DNA of 51,631 bases from Gemmatimonadales bacterium UBA6960 (lineage in GTDB: Bacteria > Gemmatimonadota > Gemmatimonadetes > Longimicrobiales > Gaopeijiaceae), in assembly GCA_963577685.1 (NCBI GenBank), contig CAUZAE010000001.1:1-51631 (forward strand), written 5' to 3'. This document shows positions 8,775-18,086 of the stretch, piece by piece; position 1 is the first letter of the stretch; the number at the start of each line of letters is the position of its first letter. Below the pieces are notes generated by a model. The model was not told the origin of the DNA and did no database searches. It saw nothing but the letters and a program-made list of their open reading frames with translations. The translations under genes and the position numbers were made by a program.

Positions 8775-8990
8775 CTACTTGTAGCGGTACGTTACCCGGC
8801 CCTTACTTAGGTCGTACGGCGACAACTCCACCTTCACCCGATCGCCTTCCAGCACACGAATGTAGTGCTGTCTCATCTTACCGGAGAGATACGCCAGAAC
8901 TTCATGGCCATTCTCCAACTCTACCCGGAACCGGGCGTTCGGGAGAACCTCGCTGACCATTCCCTCGATTTCGATGGCTTCTTTGGTCAC
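8775..8990 (-). CDS. infA: translation initiation factor IF-1
   Basis: 71 aa S1-like protein [71 protein letters not shown], near-canonical IF-1. Confidence 0.97.
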   Translation of the reverse strand: MTKEAIEIEGMVSEVLPNARFRVELENGHEVLAYLSGKMRQHYIRVLEGDRVKVELSPYDLSKGRVTYRYK

Positions 8991-9070
8991 TCGCCTCTCA
9001 CATTCGATGTTGCTGCTACGCTACTGGACCATAGCACGCGCCTCGACGACGAGCAACGACGCGAAGAACG

Positions 9071-11506
9071 CTACAGTCGGAATCGATAGCTCAGTTTAGC
9101 GAAGAGACCGTCCGCCGTTGGCTGTACCCTGTCAAAAGCGAACGCCTCTGAGTCCTCCATCGTTCTGGTGTAGCCGAAGAAGAATACCGTCCCAGGTGAC
9201 GGTTCGTAGGAGAGGAGTCCTTCAACGAGCACGTCGTTCGCGGCGCTTGGCCCTAGGACGTCACATCCATCGACATCACAAAATTCGATCGGGAGGCCGG
9301 TGAGGGGGTTGAGCAGTCCGTGACTCTCTACCCGCGCATACTCAACGATGCCTCGTACGAATAACGCTCGATTGAACTGGTATTGTGCCTTGATGCGCGG
9401 GATCGTTGCCTTCGAGTACACCGACCCATCCGACTGGCGTGTGAGCACGGAGTGGCGCGTACCCAACTCCACCGACAAAAACCGTGTCGGCAGCAACGTC
9501 AGGCTCACGTCTCCACCCCAGCTGTCAGCCACCTCGACCGGGGCGCCCGTGGGCCGGTAGAAGATCGGCTCCTCCTTAAAATTGACACTCAGGCGACCAC
9601 GAAGCGCCTCCCACCCGCTGAAATACGTGAAGAACGTGAAGGTGGGCAATCGACCGAACGAGCCCTCCGCGGGAACGAATGGCTGTGCGACCCCGAACGG
9701 TCGTGTGACGAGCCCCTCATAGTCCTGAAGCGGGGAGGTGAACTCCGAAAGCGACGTGGTGAGCCACACGTTGGTATTGTTCTTCAACGCGAAGCTCACC
9801 GAGAGCTGTGCCGCTGCTTCATTCCATCGGTTTCCGTCCCAGAGCGAGTCGTGATCCCAGTATCCCTGAAGGTTGAGGCTAGGCCCCCATCGCTCCAGAA
9901 AGGCGCCCCTTGCCCCGTACCAGTTATACGAGATCTGACTTTGGGCATGAGCTTCGGCCAATCGCCTAATGAACCCACTCTCGGGCGTAAAACCCGTGCT
10001 GAGGTCTTCGAACAGGCCGCTGTAGGTGAGACCCCGCCCCGCTCGCGCCAACTGAGCGTAGAACATTCCTCCCGCCGATGTACCGGCACCTACGTTTCGG
10101 TCCCAACTCGCAGCGCTTTGAAACTGGAGCGTATAGCGGCGCTTGAAAACGACGCGTCCGTCTAACCCCACAACTCTGTTGAAGTCGTCGCCAGTTCGGG
10201 TCCGATCGGTATAGATCGCGCCGATCGTGGACGCCGCGCCGACATCCTGACGCACCCGAATTAGGTTGACGAACATATCGCCTTCGTCGCCCACCCGATC
10301 CACCGCTCCGAGGTATCCCAGCGTCGCGCCCCCAACCTTGCCCGTAAGTTTGGCTCCCGTCACAGGGTCGACGATCGTGCGTGTAAAGACGAGTTGCTTC
10401 GGGAGTCCGAAGATTTCTGTCCCTTCGAGAAAGAACGGGCGTTTTTCCTGAAAGAACAGCGCAAAGCGCTCGTTGATTGCGATCTGTCCGGCATCGGCCT
10501 CCACTTGGCTGAAGTCAGGGTTGACCGTCCCATCGAGTGTGATGTTCGATGTGATGCCGTAGGTGAGGTTCATGCCGAAGTCGGCGTCGGGATCGTCGTG
10601 CAGGAACTGGCCCGCATCATCGAGCGCTCCGTTCCGACTACCCGTGACCACAGGATTGATCTCCATGAAGAGCCCCGGATCGAGATCCGTGAGCCCGAGC
10701 AAGTGACCGGCCTCCAACAGCTTATTGGGTTGGTTGGCGAAACTGGGCGCCCAAGATTGCTGAAATCCGCTTCGCTGAATGCGACGGGTCACCTGAATTC
10801 CCCAGGACTGGACCGGTACATCGGCAAAACGAACGCTCTTGAACGGGATCCGGATCTCCACCTCGTATCCTGATTCTGTCAGCCGTCCTCCCGACTCCCA
10901 GATGAAGTCCGGATTGTCGTCGATGGGAGGGCGACCACCACCGCCACCAAAGCCACCACCACCACCACCAAAACCGCCGCCACCCCGACCTCCCCGGCCT
11001 CCGCTTCCCCCTTCCAACCAAATACCGTCCTGTTGAACGCCATACGGATTCACCGAAAACGAATACGCCCGGCGTTGATCATCGAACGTGTCGAGGACGA
11101 CCCGTACATAGTCGTTGGAGCGAGTCACTTGGTCGCGCTCAGCCATGGTGGCCCGAATGCCGCCGGGATCGGAGTCAAACGCGTTGATGGCGAAGTAGAT
11201 GGCCTCATCCGTTACGAAGACACGCACTTCCGTGGGTTGTGAAGCTGGGACACCCTCGGACGGATCGTACTGGGTAAAACCGGTCAGAACCGGCGTCGTC
11301 TCCCAGATCGCCTCATCGATTCGGCCGTCGACACGCACGTCAGCGTCCAGAATCAACGGCGTGGGAATCCTGAGCTGCCCGGCGGAGCCGTCGTACTCAA
11401 CTGCATCGGTTGGTGACCGGGACGTGAGGCCGGTAGGATCGGCACCTACGGGGCCAGTACCAAGTTGTAAAATGGCGTACAGAATCGGGATCATCTGGCT
11501 TCGCAA
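9071..11506 (-). CDS. large secreted/outer-membrane protein, CBM9-like N-terminal domain plus DUF5916-like beta-rich C-terminal region
   Basis: RVDGRIDEAIWETTPVLTGFTQYDPSEGVPASQPTEVRVFVTDEAIYFAINAFD...RDQVTRSNDYVRVVLDTFDDQRRAYSFSVNPYGVQQDG matches the CBM9-like/DUF5916 family as I remember it. The long C-terminus shows alternating beta-strand-like patterns and ends ...KLSYRFRL. It contains a Gly-rich insertion. Confidence 0.75.
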   Translation of the reverse strand: MRSQMIPILYAILQLGTGPVGADPTGLTSRSPTDAVEYDGSAGQLRIPTPLILDADVRVDGRIDEAIWETTPVLTGFTQYDPSEGVPASQPTEVRVFVTDEAIYFAINAFDSDPGGIRATMAERDQVTRSNDYVRVVLDTFDDQRRAYSFSVNPYGVQQDGIWLEGGSGGRGGRGGGGFGGGGGGFGGGGGRPPIDDNPDFIWESGGRLTESGYEVEIRIPFKSVRFADVPVQSWGIQVTRRIQRSGFQQSWAPSFANQPNKLLEAGHLLGLTDLDPGLFMEINPVVTGSRNGALDDAGQFLHDDPDADFGMNLTYGITSNITLDGTVNPDFSQVEADAGQIAINERFALFFQEKRPFFLEGTEIFGLPKQLVFTRTIVDPVTGAKLTGKVGGATLGYLGAVDRVGDEGDMFVNLIRVRQDVGAASTIGAIYTDRTRTGDDFNRVVGLDGRVVFKRRYTLQFQSAASWDRNVGAGTSAGGMFYAQLARAGRGLTYSGLFEDLSTGFTPESGFIRRLAEAHAQSQISYNWYGARGAFLERWGPSLNLQGYWDHDSLWDGNRWNEAAAQLSVSFALKNNTNVWLTTSLSEFTSPLQDYEGLVTRPFGVAQPFVPAEGSFGRLPTFTFFTYFSGWEALRGRLSVNFKEEPIFYRPTGAPVEVADSWGGDVSLTLLPTRFLSVELGTRHSVLTRQSDGSVYSKATIPRIKAQYQFNRALFVRGIVEYARVESHGLLNPLTGLPIEFCDVDGCDVLGPSAANDVLVEGLLSYEPSPGTVFFFGYTRTMEDSEAFAFDRVQPTADGLFAKLSYRFRL
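10925..11012 (-). repeat. low-complexity Gly/Phe/Arg-coding tract (GGSGGRGGRGGGGFGGGGGGFGGGGGRPP) inside the 811-aa protein
   Basis: The plus strand reads CCACCACCGCCACCAAAGCCACCACCACCACCACCAAAACCGCCGCCACC..., an imperfect CCA/CCG trinucleotide iteration. Confidence 0.8.
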
Positions 11507-11734
11507 TGCAGCGATTAGCAGGATCAGGGCAGCCTCGGCGACCCTCCAACATAGGCTCGGAAATAGAAACGAGCCTGTAAACGGAGTCGACCACGACCAC
11601 CGCCCACCTTCTCAAGGACCCTCTCCTCTTCAATATGGTTGAGGAAGATGAAGTTGGTTCTGGCCCTTGCGCCGAGCATCTCTCGACACCTCATTCACAT
11701 CCTGTGACATAACCGAACAAAACCCCCACCGACG

Positions 11735-11974
11735 ATGCGCGACATGGCGGGACACTTCGAGCGGCATGAAAGAGTGCGTCTCTACGACGCCCTGACATCG
11801 GACGACGACCCGCCCTGTCCCAGGTGCAAGGCCCCTATGGATCGAACGGAAATCCGGCCGCGCGACGACGTTTCCTACGTGAGGAGGCGTGTGTGGTTGA
11901 TGTGCGCATCCTGTGATCGGAGTATCATTTTGGAATCTCCGAAAGTGGTGCAACCCAAATGGGTCAACCGATGA
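11735..11974 (+). CDS. small zinc-ribbon-like protein (79 aa)
   Basis: Two Cys pairs, CPRC and CASC, about 34 residues apart. The stop TGA (11972-11974) overlaps the ATG (11971) of the next gene (ATGA). No family recognised. Confidence 0.45.
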   Translation: MRDMAGHFERHERVRLYDALTSDDDPPCPRCKAPMDRTEIRPRDDVSYVRRRVWLMCASCDRSIILESPKVVQPKWVNR

Positions 11975-12921
11975 CGGGCCGCCTCGTCCTGGCGCTCCTC
12001 GTCGCGGCTCCATCCCTCGCTGGGCAGACCGAGGCATATGGGCCGCTGAGCCTCGAGCTGCCGGCGAGTACGCGGGCCATGGCCATGGGAGGCGTATTCC
12101 AGCTCACGACCCCCGGAAGCGATGCGATTTTTTTCAATCCCTCACTGCTCTCTGAGAATCCGCAGTTCGGGATCACCACAACGACCTTTGATCGCCAGGC
12201 CACGTTCCTGACGATGTCGGCGTCGACCGGATGGTGGGGAGGCGGAGTGGGTGTGGGCGTACAAACGTTGAGTTACACGACGGACGCAGCCACGGTGCAG
12301 GAGATCGCGGAGGCCACCTTGCTCACCTCCGGAGCTCGAGCCGCCTCGGAGTTGATCGCCACGGTCGGATACAGCCGGAGCTTCGGAGACGTGGACTGGG
12401 GCGTTTCAGCGAAAACAGTAGAGCAGCGGTTGGCAGGGTCGAAGGACCTGGCGGGTGCCGTCGACCTCGGTGTGGCTGTGCAGGTCGGGCGCTTCAGAAT
12501 CGGCCTGGCCGCACAGAACCTCGGTACAGACTTGGACGTGGGTGGCTCGACCTTGGGCTTGGCCAATCGGGTTACGGCCGGAGCCTCCTTCCAGAGGTGG
12601 GTGGTCGGCCCATTTGACCTCGGAGCGTCCGCAGCAGTGTCACGTGAGGCGGATGGGACCGTGATTCCAGCCTTAGGCGGCGAGATCGCATGGTGGCCCG
12701 TCGTCGGTCGGACCTTCACCGGATGGATCGGCATTCGGCGTGTGGAGGATGGGCCGGCGAATGGTGAAGGTCCTCGCGCTGAAGCTCATTCGCATCCTGG
12801 TGGTGGCAGGGCTGTGACCTTCGGCGGAGCCTTCCACGGGGACGCCCTCGGCATCGAGTACGCCTTCCAGGATTTCGGTGCCCTCGGCGATGCCCACCGC
12901 GTCGGCATCAACTGGCGCTGA
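11971..12921 (+). CDS. putative outer-membrane beta-barrel protein with signal peptide
   Basis: Signal peptide MTGRLVLALLVAAPSLAGQ, then alternating Gly/aromatic/hydrophilic beta-strand-like segments to the C-terminus (...GDAHRVGINWR). It resembles PorV/UPF0164-like barrels but I cannot assign it confidently. Confidence 0.6.
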   Translation: MTGRLVLALLVAAPSLAGQTEAYGPLSLELPASTRAMAMGGVFQLTTPGSDAIFFNPSLLSENPQFGITTTTFDRQATFLTMSASTGWWGGGVGVGVQTLSYTTDAATVQEIAEATLLTSGARAASELIATVGYSRSFGDVDWGVSAKTVEQRLAGSKDLAGAVDLGVAVQVGRFRIGLAAQNLGTDLDVGGSTLGLANRVTAGASFQRWVVGPFDLGASAAVSREADGTVIPALGGEIAWWPVVGRTFTGWIGIRRVEDGPANGEGPRAEAHSHPGGGRAVTFGGAFHGDALGIEYAFQDFGALGDAHRVGINWR

Positions 12922-12966
12922 AGGGTTCGCGCCCCAGTCTCGCGCCTCAGGGGGTCTTACTGTCGG

Positions 12967-14904
12967 TCAGAACCCGGAAGGCACTCGAACGGTCATGAAG
13001 GCGTCATCCAGTAACGCGATCCCGACATCGTCCACCACGACGGTCCCCGCAACCGTAAGGTCGAATACCAGCCGAATTTCGGCCAACCGTCGCAGGTCGA
13101 GCTGCGGGTCGAGTCGGGTGAAGTCTGACAGGGGAATTGAAAAAGTCTGAAACACGAGCTCAAAAAGCTCTGCAAAACGCGCTTCCTCCAAATCGCCTCG
13201 CCTCAAGACCCGCGTTTCCAACGGTCGGCGAATGGGCCCATAGTCACTCAATGTCACCTTGGCAGAGCGTCCCCTCGAGTCTACGATTTCGATGCTCAGG
13301 TCGACGGGCTCCTCTGTCTCTCGCTCGTCGTCGCTAGGAGCTCGGTCCGCTCCCGGACCACTCGCACGATCCTCTCCTCCACCGGCCGCTTTCCTGGGCC
13401 CGGGTTCGTCATGGGTGGCCAGCAAGGAGAGCTGTAGCGAGGAACCTCCTCCCACGCGCCATGCCGCACCGAGCGTGTCTGGCAAGGAGATCGTGAACGT
13501 CGCGGGTCGTCCCAGCTCCTCGGTTTCGCTCACTTCGCGATTCCATCCGAGCCAAACCGCTTGATTGTCCTGAGACGATGACGTGTTCGCGCGGTTCCGC
13601 GACCGCAGCACCAACTCCCGCTCCGCCCACGTCGACAGACTGTCGCCCATGAGTCCGACGCCATCCGCACTCCCCGTGGTCACGTCGATGTCCTCCTCGA
13701 ATGTGGCCAGCGGCAGGAACGTGTCGTCTTGGAATTGCGTCACATACATCGTCTCGGGAAGCCACCCACCCGCCACCCTGTGATCGCGGAAAAGAGGGAG
13801 GTATAGCCCGTTCCCACGGAGTGAATTTTCCAGGAACGCGGAGATATAGATCTTCGCGAACTCCTGCTGGTCCTCCGGGTCGAGTAGAGCCCGGACGTCG
13901 AGGATGCGACCACCTCTGGACCCTCCACTGTCGTACGTGCCCCATGTGGTGTTCCACTGCCCGTGATTGGCCCGGTACACGTAGATCGCCGTCTTCAGAT
14001 GGGGCTGATCGTCAGTGAATTTGACCCTCTGGTAAAGGCGGATTCCGTGGAAGCTCGTAACGTCCCCATCGTGGGAACCGTGAAAGACCATATAATCGAC
14101 GTTCTCTACGGGCACGAAGCGATCCGTCGGAAGATACTGGCCATCGACCGGAGCGATGGCGATGATGGCCTTGATGTCGAAGTTGAAGTCGAAAGTCAGG
14201 CTGGCGTCGTCCGGGTAGTGGCTCAGACGATTGAATGCGGCCGCGTGCCCCACGGCTTCACCCCCGCGCGAATGACCGATCAACGCGACGTTCGCCATGT
14301 CCACCATGCCAGCGAAGGGATTCGAGTCGTCGTCATTGAATCCCTCCCATACCTCGAGGTGCTTCAACAGCAGCCATCCCCGAGCATCGTTTTCGCCTCG
14401 GATCCCTCCGTTCACGAAATTCATGTCGATGGACGCCAAGATATACCCGCGGCTGGCCAGTAGCTCTCCCAAATAATCGTAGCCTGGATCGGAGAAATCC
14501 TGCGGGTTGTGGTTCCCATGCACGACGAGTACGAGCGGAAAAGGCCCATCCCCGTCCGGATACCAAACACGACCGTTCAGCGGGAACTCGGTCGGATCAA
14601 AGGCCCAATACTTGTTCCGGGAGTCCGCCTGGTCTCCGAGCGAGATGAGCTTGGACGCGTCTACCGTTTCCGTCGTGAAGGCGACCCCATCGCGGTACTC
14701 CGCCCGGTTGGTGTCATCCCCGTGTCCGTATGTCAGCGTCCGTACGCCGTACGGTCCAGGCGAGGAGGGACTGGGACCAGGAAGGAGTTGCTCGGCGAGC
14801 ACGGTTTCGTGATCGCTCACATCAAGGTGGAGTGTCCCCCGACAGCCTACGACCGAGGCAATGAGCGATGCCCAAAGAAGAGGCTGGAAGCTCGGAAAGT
14901 GCAT
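12967..14904 (-). CDS. secreted alpha/beta-hydrolase (lipoprotein-type signal) with C-terminal non-catalytic domain
   Basis: N-terminal MHFPSFQPLLWASLIASVVGC lipobox-like signal. PFPLVLVVHGNH and the nucleophile elbow IGHSRGGEA (GxSxG) are present. About 250 residues beyond the hydrolase core are of unknown fold. Confidence 0.8.
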   Translation of the reverse strand: MHFPSFQPLLWASLIASVVGCRGTLHLDVSDHETVLAEQLLPGPSPSSPGPYGVRTLTYGHGDDTNRAEYRDGVAFTTETVDASKLISLGDQADSRNKYWAFDPTEFPLNGRVWYPDGDGPFPLVLVVHGNHNPQDFSDPGYDYLGELLASRGYILASIDMNFVNGGIRGENDARGWLLLKHLEVWEGFNDDDSNPFAGMVDMANVALIGHSRGGEAVGHAAAFNRLSHYPDDASLTFDFNFDIKAIIAIAPVDGQYLPTDRFVPVENVDYMVFHGSHDGDVTSFHGIRLYQRVKFTDDQPHLKTAIYVYRANHGQWNTTWGTYDSGGSRGGRILDVRALLDPEDQQEFAKIYISAFLENSLRGNGLYLPLFRDHRVAGGWLPETMYVTQFQDDTFLPLATFEEDIDVTTGSADGVGLMGDSLSTWAERELVLRSRNRANTSSSQDNQAVWLGWNREVSETEELGRPATFTISLPDTLGAAWRVGGGSSLQLSLLATHDEPGPRKAAGGGEDRASGPGADRAPSDDERETEEPVDLSIEIVDSRGRSAKVTLSDYGPIRRPLETRVLRRGDLEEARFAELFELVFQTFSIPLSDFTRLDPQLDLRRLAEIRLVFDLTVAGTVVVDDVGIALLDDAFMTVRVPSGF

Positions 14905-15064
14905 GTAGCTTACCCGACGTTGGAAGGGTTATCACCCAGGGGCCAAACTCGAACGACGACCTCGAAGAGTAATTCTAGATGCCTAGGCCCTCACCTTGCA
15001 ATTCTAGCACCTGTGGCACTCACCTACAGTCGCCCCTCGACTGCATCCTCATTCTCCCCCGGCC

Positions 15065-15093
15065 TGGACGCGAGCGAGCCGTTTGGGGATAAT
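15065..15093 (+). promoter_or_regulatory. putative sigma70-type promoter for the PPIase gene
   Basis: TGGACG (15065-15070), 17-nt spacer, GATAAT (15088-15093). The -10 element sits in the loop of an inverted repeat, GTTTGGG (15081-15087) / CCCAAAC (15094-15100). About 60 nt upstream of ATG 15154. Confidence 0.3.
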
Positions 15094-15153
15094 CCCAAAC
15101 CTACGAACAACGCCCATGCGTGGTCTTTCCAGCACTCGAGCCCAAGGTGGCCC

Positions 15154-15642
15154 ATGCCAAACCGTATCGCTGAGTTCAAGACGAACCTCGGTGTCTTTCA
15201 GGTAGAACTCTTCGAGGACCGCGCCCCAAGCACGACAAAGAATTTCGCGGACCTGATCGAGAAAGGCTATTACGACGGCATCGTCTTCCACCGGGTGATC
15301 AGTGGCTTCATGATCCAAGGTGGCTGTCCCGACGGAAACGGAATGGGGGGGCCGGGTTACTCGATCCCGGATGAATTCCATCCCGAACTGTGCCACGACT
15401 CGGAGGGCATTCTGTCCATGGCGAATTCCGGCCCCGACTCAGGCGGGTCGCAGTTCTTCATCACTCTCGCAGCCACGGCGTGGCTCGACAACAAACACGC
15501 GGTCTTCGGCAAGGTGGTCGAAGGAATGGAAACGATCCGCAAGGTCGGAAGCACTCCGACCGGATCCGGAGATGTCCCGCTCGACCCGGTTGTCATGGAG
15601 AGCGTCGTACTCTCTGCGAGCGCCGACTCCCAGGACGAATGA
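15154..15642 (+). CDS. ppiB: cyclophilin-type peptidyl-prolyl cis-trans isomerase, cytoplasmic
   Basis: FHRVISGFMIQGGCP, LSMANSGPDSGGSQFFIT, HAVFGKVVEGM. Start set at ATG 15154; the upstream 215 codons of the track ORF are antisense to the hydrolase gene and intergenic. Confidence 0.95.
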   Translation: MPNRIAEFKTNLGVFQVELFEDRAPSTTKNFADLIEKGYYDGIVFHRVISGFMIQGGCPDGNGMGGPGYSIPDEFHPELCHDSEGILSMANSGPDSGGSQFFITLAATAWLDNKHAVFGKVVEGMETIRKVGSTPTGSGDVPLDPVVMESVVLSASADSQDE

Positions 15643-15736
15643 TACGAGGGCGGAAGCGTGGGCTCCCGTACACCACTCCGTCGCCAGACCACAACAGGCT
15701 TAGAGGCGCCGACCCTCGAGGAGACCGGCGTACGCC

Positions 15737-17572
15737 TCAACGGTACCCTTCGGCTTGGAGGGTGAAGAGTTCTGCGTATCGCCCCGACAGCGTCAACAAG
15801 TCGTCGTGTGTTCCATCTTCGATCACCTTCCCGTCCTCCAAGACCAAGATGCGATCCGCCATGCGGACGGTCGAGAAGCGATGACTGATGAGCACGGCCA
15901 TCTTCCCCTCAGTCAGTTCCGCGAATCTTTCGAAAACGTGATACTCGGCCCGAGCGTCGAGCGAGGCGGTCGGCTCGTCCAGGATGAGAATCTGGGCGTC
16001 ACGCATATACGCTCGAGCGAGTCCCACCTTCTGCCACTCGCCGCCTGAGAGGTTCGCGCCACCCTCGAAGCGGCGGCCGAGCATGTGGTCCAATCCGCGC
16101 TCCAGTCCCTCGACCACCGTGTTGGCGAGGCTCATCTCTGCCGCATGCACGATTCGAGAACGATCGTCGAGCGCATCAATCTGTCCGACGGCGATGTTCT
16201 CACGAGCAAGAAGGTCGTAGCGCACGAAATCCTGGAAGATGACGCCGATCGCTCGGCGCAACTCCTCCACGTCATATTCACGGAGGTCGACGCCGTCCAG
16301 CAGTATCCTCCCCTCAGTCGGATCGTAGAGCCGTGCCAAGAGCTTTACGAGCGTTGTCTTTCCGGCACCATTCTCACCCACGAGCGCGACGCGCTCTCCA
16401 GCACCGATCCCAAACGAGACGTCGCGGAGTGCCCAAGTGTCGGTGTCGGGATAGCGGAATCCGACATGCTCGAAGACCACACCCTGTTGGATCGGTCGGG
16501 GAATCGAGACGGGGTTCTGTGGGCTCGCCGTCCGGGGCTTCATCTCGAGGAATGTGAACAGGTCCTTCAAGAATAGGCTCTGTTGGTAGACGTCGGCCGA
16601 ACGGAGGAGAACGCCGCTGATCAGGCTGCGACTCCGTTGAAACGAACCGACGAGGAACGTCAGGTCACCCAGGGTGAGAATCCCACGCACCGTGTCGACG
16701 ATGATGAAGATGTTCGCCGCGTAGTACCCCAGGGTAGAAAATGCGGTGAGCCCACCCGAGGTGGCCGCCCTCTTGATCGAAAGGGCGCGGTTGGCCTCAT
16801 AGAACTCGTCGGCCAGCCGTTCATACTTCCTGGTGAAATAGTCCGAGAGCCCGAAGAGCTTCACTTCCTTGGCCGTAACGTCACTGGTACCCAGGTAGCG
16901 GAGGTAGTCCAGCTCCCTTCGCTCTGGAGTCCACCGATAGAGCAACGAGTACGACAAACCGGCGAAGTGGGTCTCTCCGATGAACGAAGGCAGCACGGCC
17001 AGCACGAGCATCAACAGAAGCCATCCGTTGAAGGCGATGAGCACGACCAGAAGAGAGATCAGGGTCAAGAGGCTCTGGCCGATACCGAGCAGGACAGCCA
17101 AGAGCCCGATCCGGCCCACCGTCTGCCGCCGGGCTCGCTCCAAGGAATCGTAGAAGTCCGGGTCCTCGAAGCTCTCAAGATCCAGCGTCGCCGCGTGTTC
17201 CATGATACGAACGGACAGACGGTTCCCGAACAGATCCCCCAAGAGGCTCTCGAGAAGATTGGACGCCCGCTGAATCACATCAGACGCCAACGCTACACCC
17301 AGTTCCAACACGACCAAACGAAAAATGCTCGTCCAATCGGGCGCCGCCGCACCGATGTTGGCTACGACCGCATCGATGATCAGCTTGCCGATCCAGAGTT
17401 GGACGACGGGCGAGAACGCCAGCACGACTCGGAAGCCGACGATGGCCGTAGCGTAGAGAGGCCGAGCCCTCCACACCATGCCCAGGAAGCGTGGGACGAG
17501 ACGAAGCGCGATCAGGCGCTCCTTGAGAGGTGGTAGATCCGCGGGACGGGCCCTGGCGAAATGCGGGGGCAC
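15737..17572 (-). CDS. fused permease/ATPase ABC exporter (MsbA/ABCB-like half transporter)
   Basis: Six-TM N-terminal half. Walker A GENGAGKTTL, signature LSGGEWQK, Walker B ILILDEPTASLD. GTG start lies 5 nt after the ferritin stop. Confidence 0.9.
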   Translation of the reverse strand: MPPHFARARPADLPPLKERLIALRLVPRFLGMVWRARPLYATAIVGFRVVLAFSPVVQLWIGKLIIDAVVANIGAAAPDWTSIFRLVVLELGVALASDVIQRASNLLESLLGDLFGNRLSVRIMEHAATLDLESFEDPDFYDSLERARRQTVGRIGLLAVLLGIGQSLLTLISLLVVLIAFNGWLLLMLVLAVLPSFIGETHFAGLSYSLLYRWTPERRELDYLRYLGTSDVTAKEVKLFGLSDYFTRKYERLADEFYEANRALSIKRAATSGGLTAFSTLGYYAANIFIIVDTVRGILTLGDLTFLVGSFQRSRSLISGVLLRSADVYQQSLFLKDLFTFLEMKPRTASPQNPVSIPRPIQQGVVFEHVGFRYPDTDTWALRDVSFGIGAGERVALVGENGAGKTTLVKLLARLYDPTEGRILLDGVDLREYDVEELRRAIGVIFQDFVRYDLLARENIAVGQIDALDDRSRIVHAAEMSLANTVVEGLERGLDHMLGRRFEGGANLSGGEWQKVGLARAYMRDAQILILDEPTASLDARAEYHVFERFAELTEGKMAVLISHRFSTVRMADRILVLEDGKVIEDGTHDDLLTLSGRYAELFTLQAEGYR

Positions 17573-17576
17573 CTCC

Positions 17577-18086
17577 CTACTCGGGGACCTCCTCGGCTCG
17601 CGCGACCCGGGCTCCGAACTGTTGGTCCAACATCAGAAGCGCTGCCTGATCGTCACCCGCCAGGCGAACCTGCTCCTTGGCGGTCGAGGCGCTGTCCTCC
17701 TCCTCCACCTGTTCTGATATGAACCACTGCAGCTCCTGCTGGGCCGCCCAGTCCCCCTCTGCGGCCGACACCTCGTAGAGTCGGTGGATCATGCCTGTGA
17801 CTTCTCGCTCGTGTTCGAAAACGTCTTCGAATACCGAGGCCGCTGAGCCGAAGTCCCCCGCCGGAGCATCGATGGCGTGGAGATCGATCCGTCCCCCCCT
17901 TCGGATCACATAGTCGAAGAGCCGCATGGCGTGGGAGAGCTCCTCTTCGGCTTGCAACCGCATCCAATGGGCGAAGCCGACCAGATTCTGGGCCTGGAAG
18001 TGGGCCGACATCGCCAAGTATAGGTATCCAGCGGCCAACTCATTCTTGATTTGTTCGTTGAAGCCTGCTTCGACTTTGCTGTTCAC
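17577..18086 (-). CDS. ftn: non-heme ferritin
   Basis: NEQIKNELAAGYLYLAMSAHF, EEELSHAMRLFDYVIRRGG and EHEREVT ferroxidase-centre-type motifs. I chose GTG at 18086, preceded by GAGGGAGA, giving 169 aa. The track ORF extension is Arg-rich and unconvincing. Confidence 0.88.
   Translation of the reverse strand: MNSKVEAGFNEQIKNELAAGYLYLAMSAHFQAQNLVGFAHWMRLQAEEELSHAMRLFDYVIRRGGRIDLHAIDAPAGDFGSAASVFEDVFEHEREVTGMIHRLYEVSAAEGDWAAQQELQWFISEQVEEEDSASTAKEQVRLAGDDQAALLMLDQQFGARVARAEEVPE

Noticed and set aside
10839-11036. Proline-rich ORF (PPPPPKPPPPPPKPPPP) on the plus strand, and a similar ORF at 32067-32345 on the minus strand.
   Set aside because: They are the antisense reading of Gly-codon tracts inside well-supported genes, not independent genes.
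14969-15007. Direct repeat AATTCTAG twice, 23 nt apart, in the hydrolase/PPIase intergenic region.
   Set aside because: It is a short 8-mer in a relatively AT-richer spacer with no dyad symmetry or positional link to a promoter element that I could establish. It is likely chance.
14509-15153. 5' extension of the cyclophilin ORF (the track gives 377 aa).
   Set aside because: The extension is antisense to the hydrolase gene and then crosses intergenic DNA. Cyclophilin homology begins only at Met 15154, and 162 aa is the normal size.
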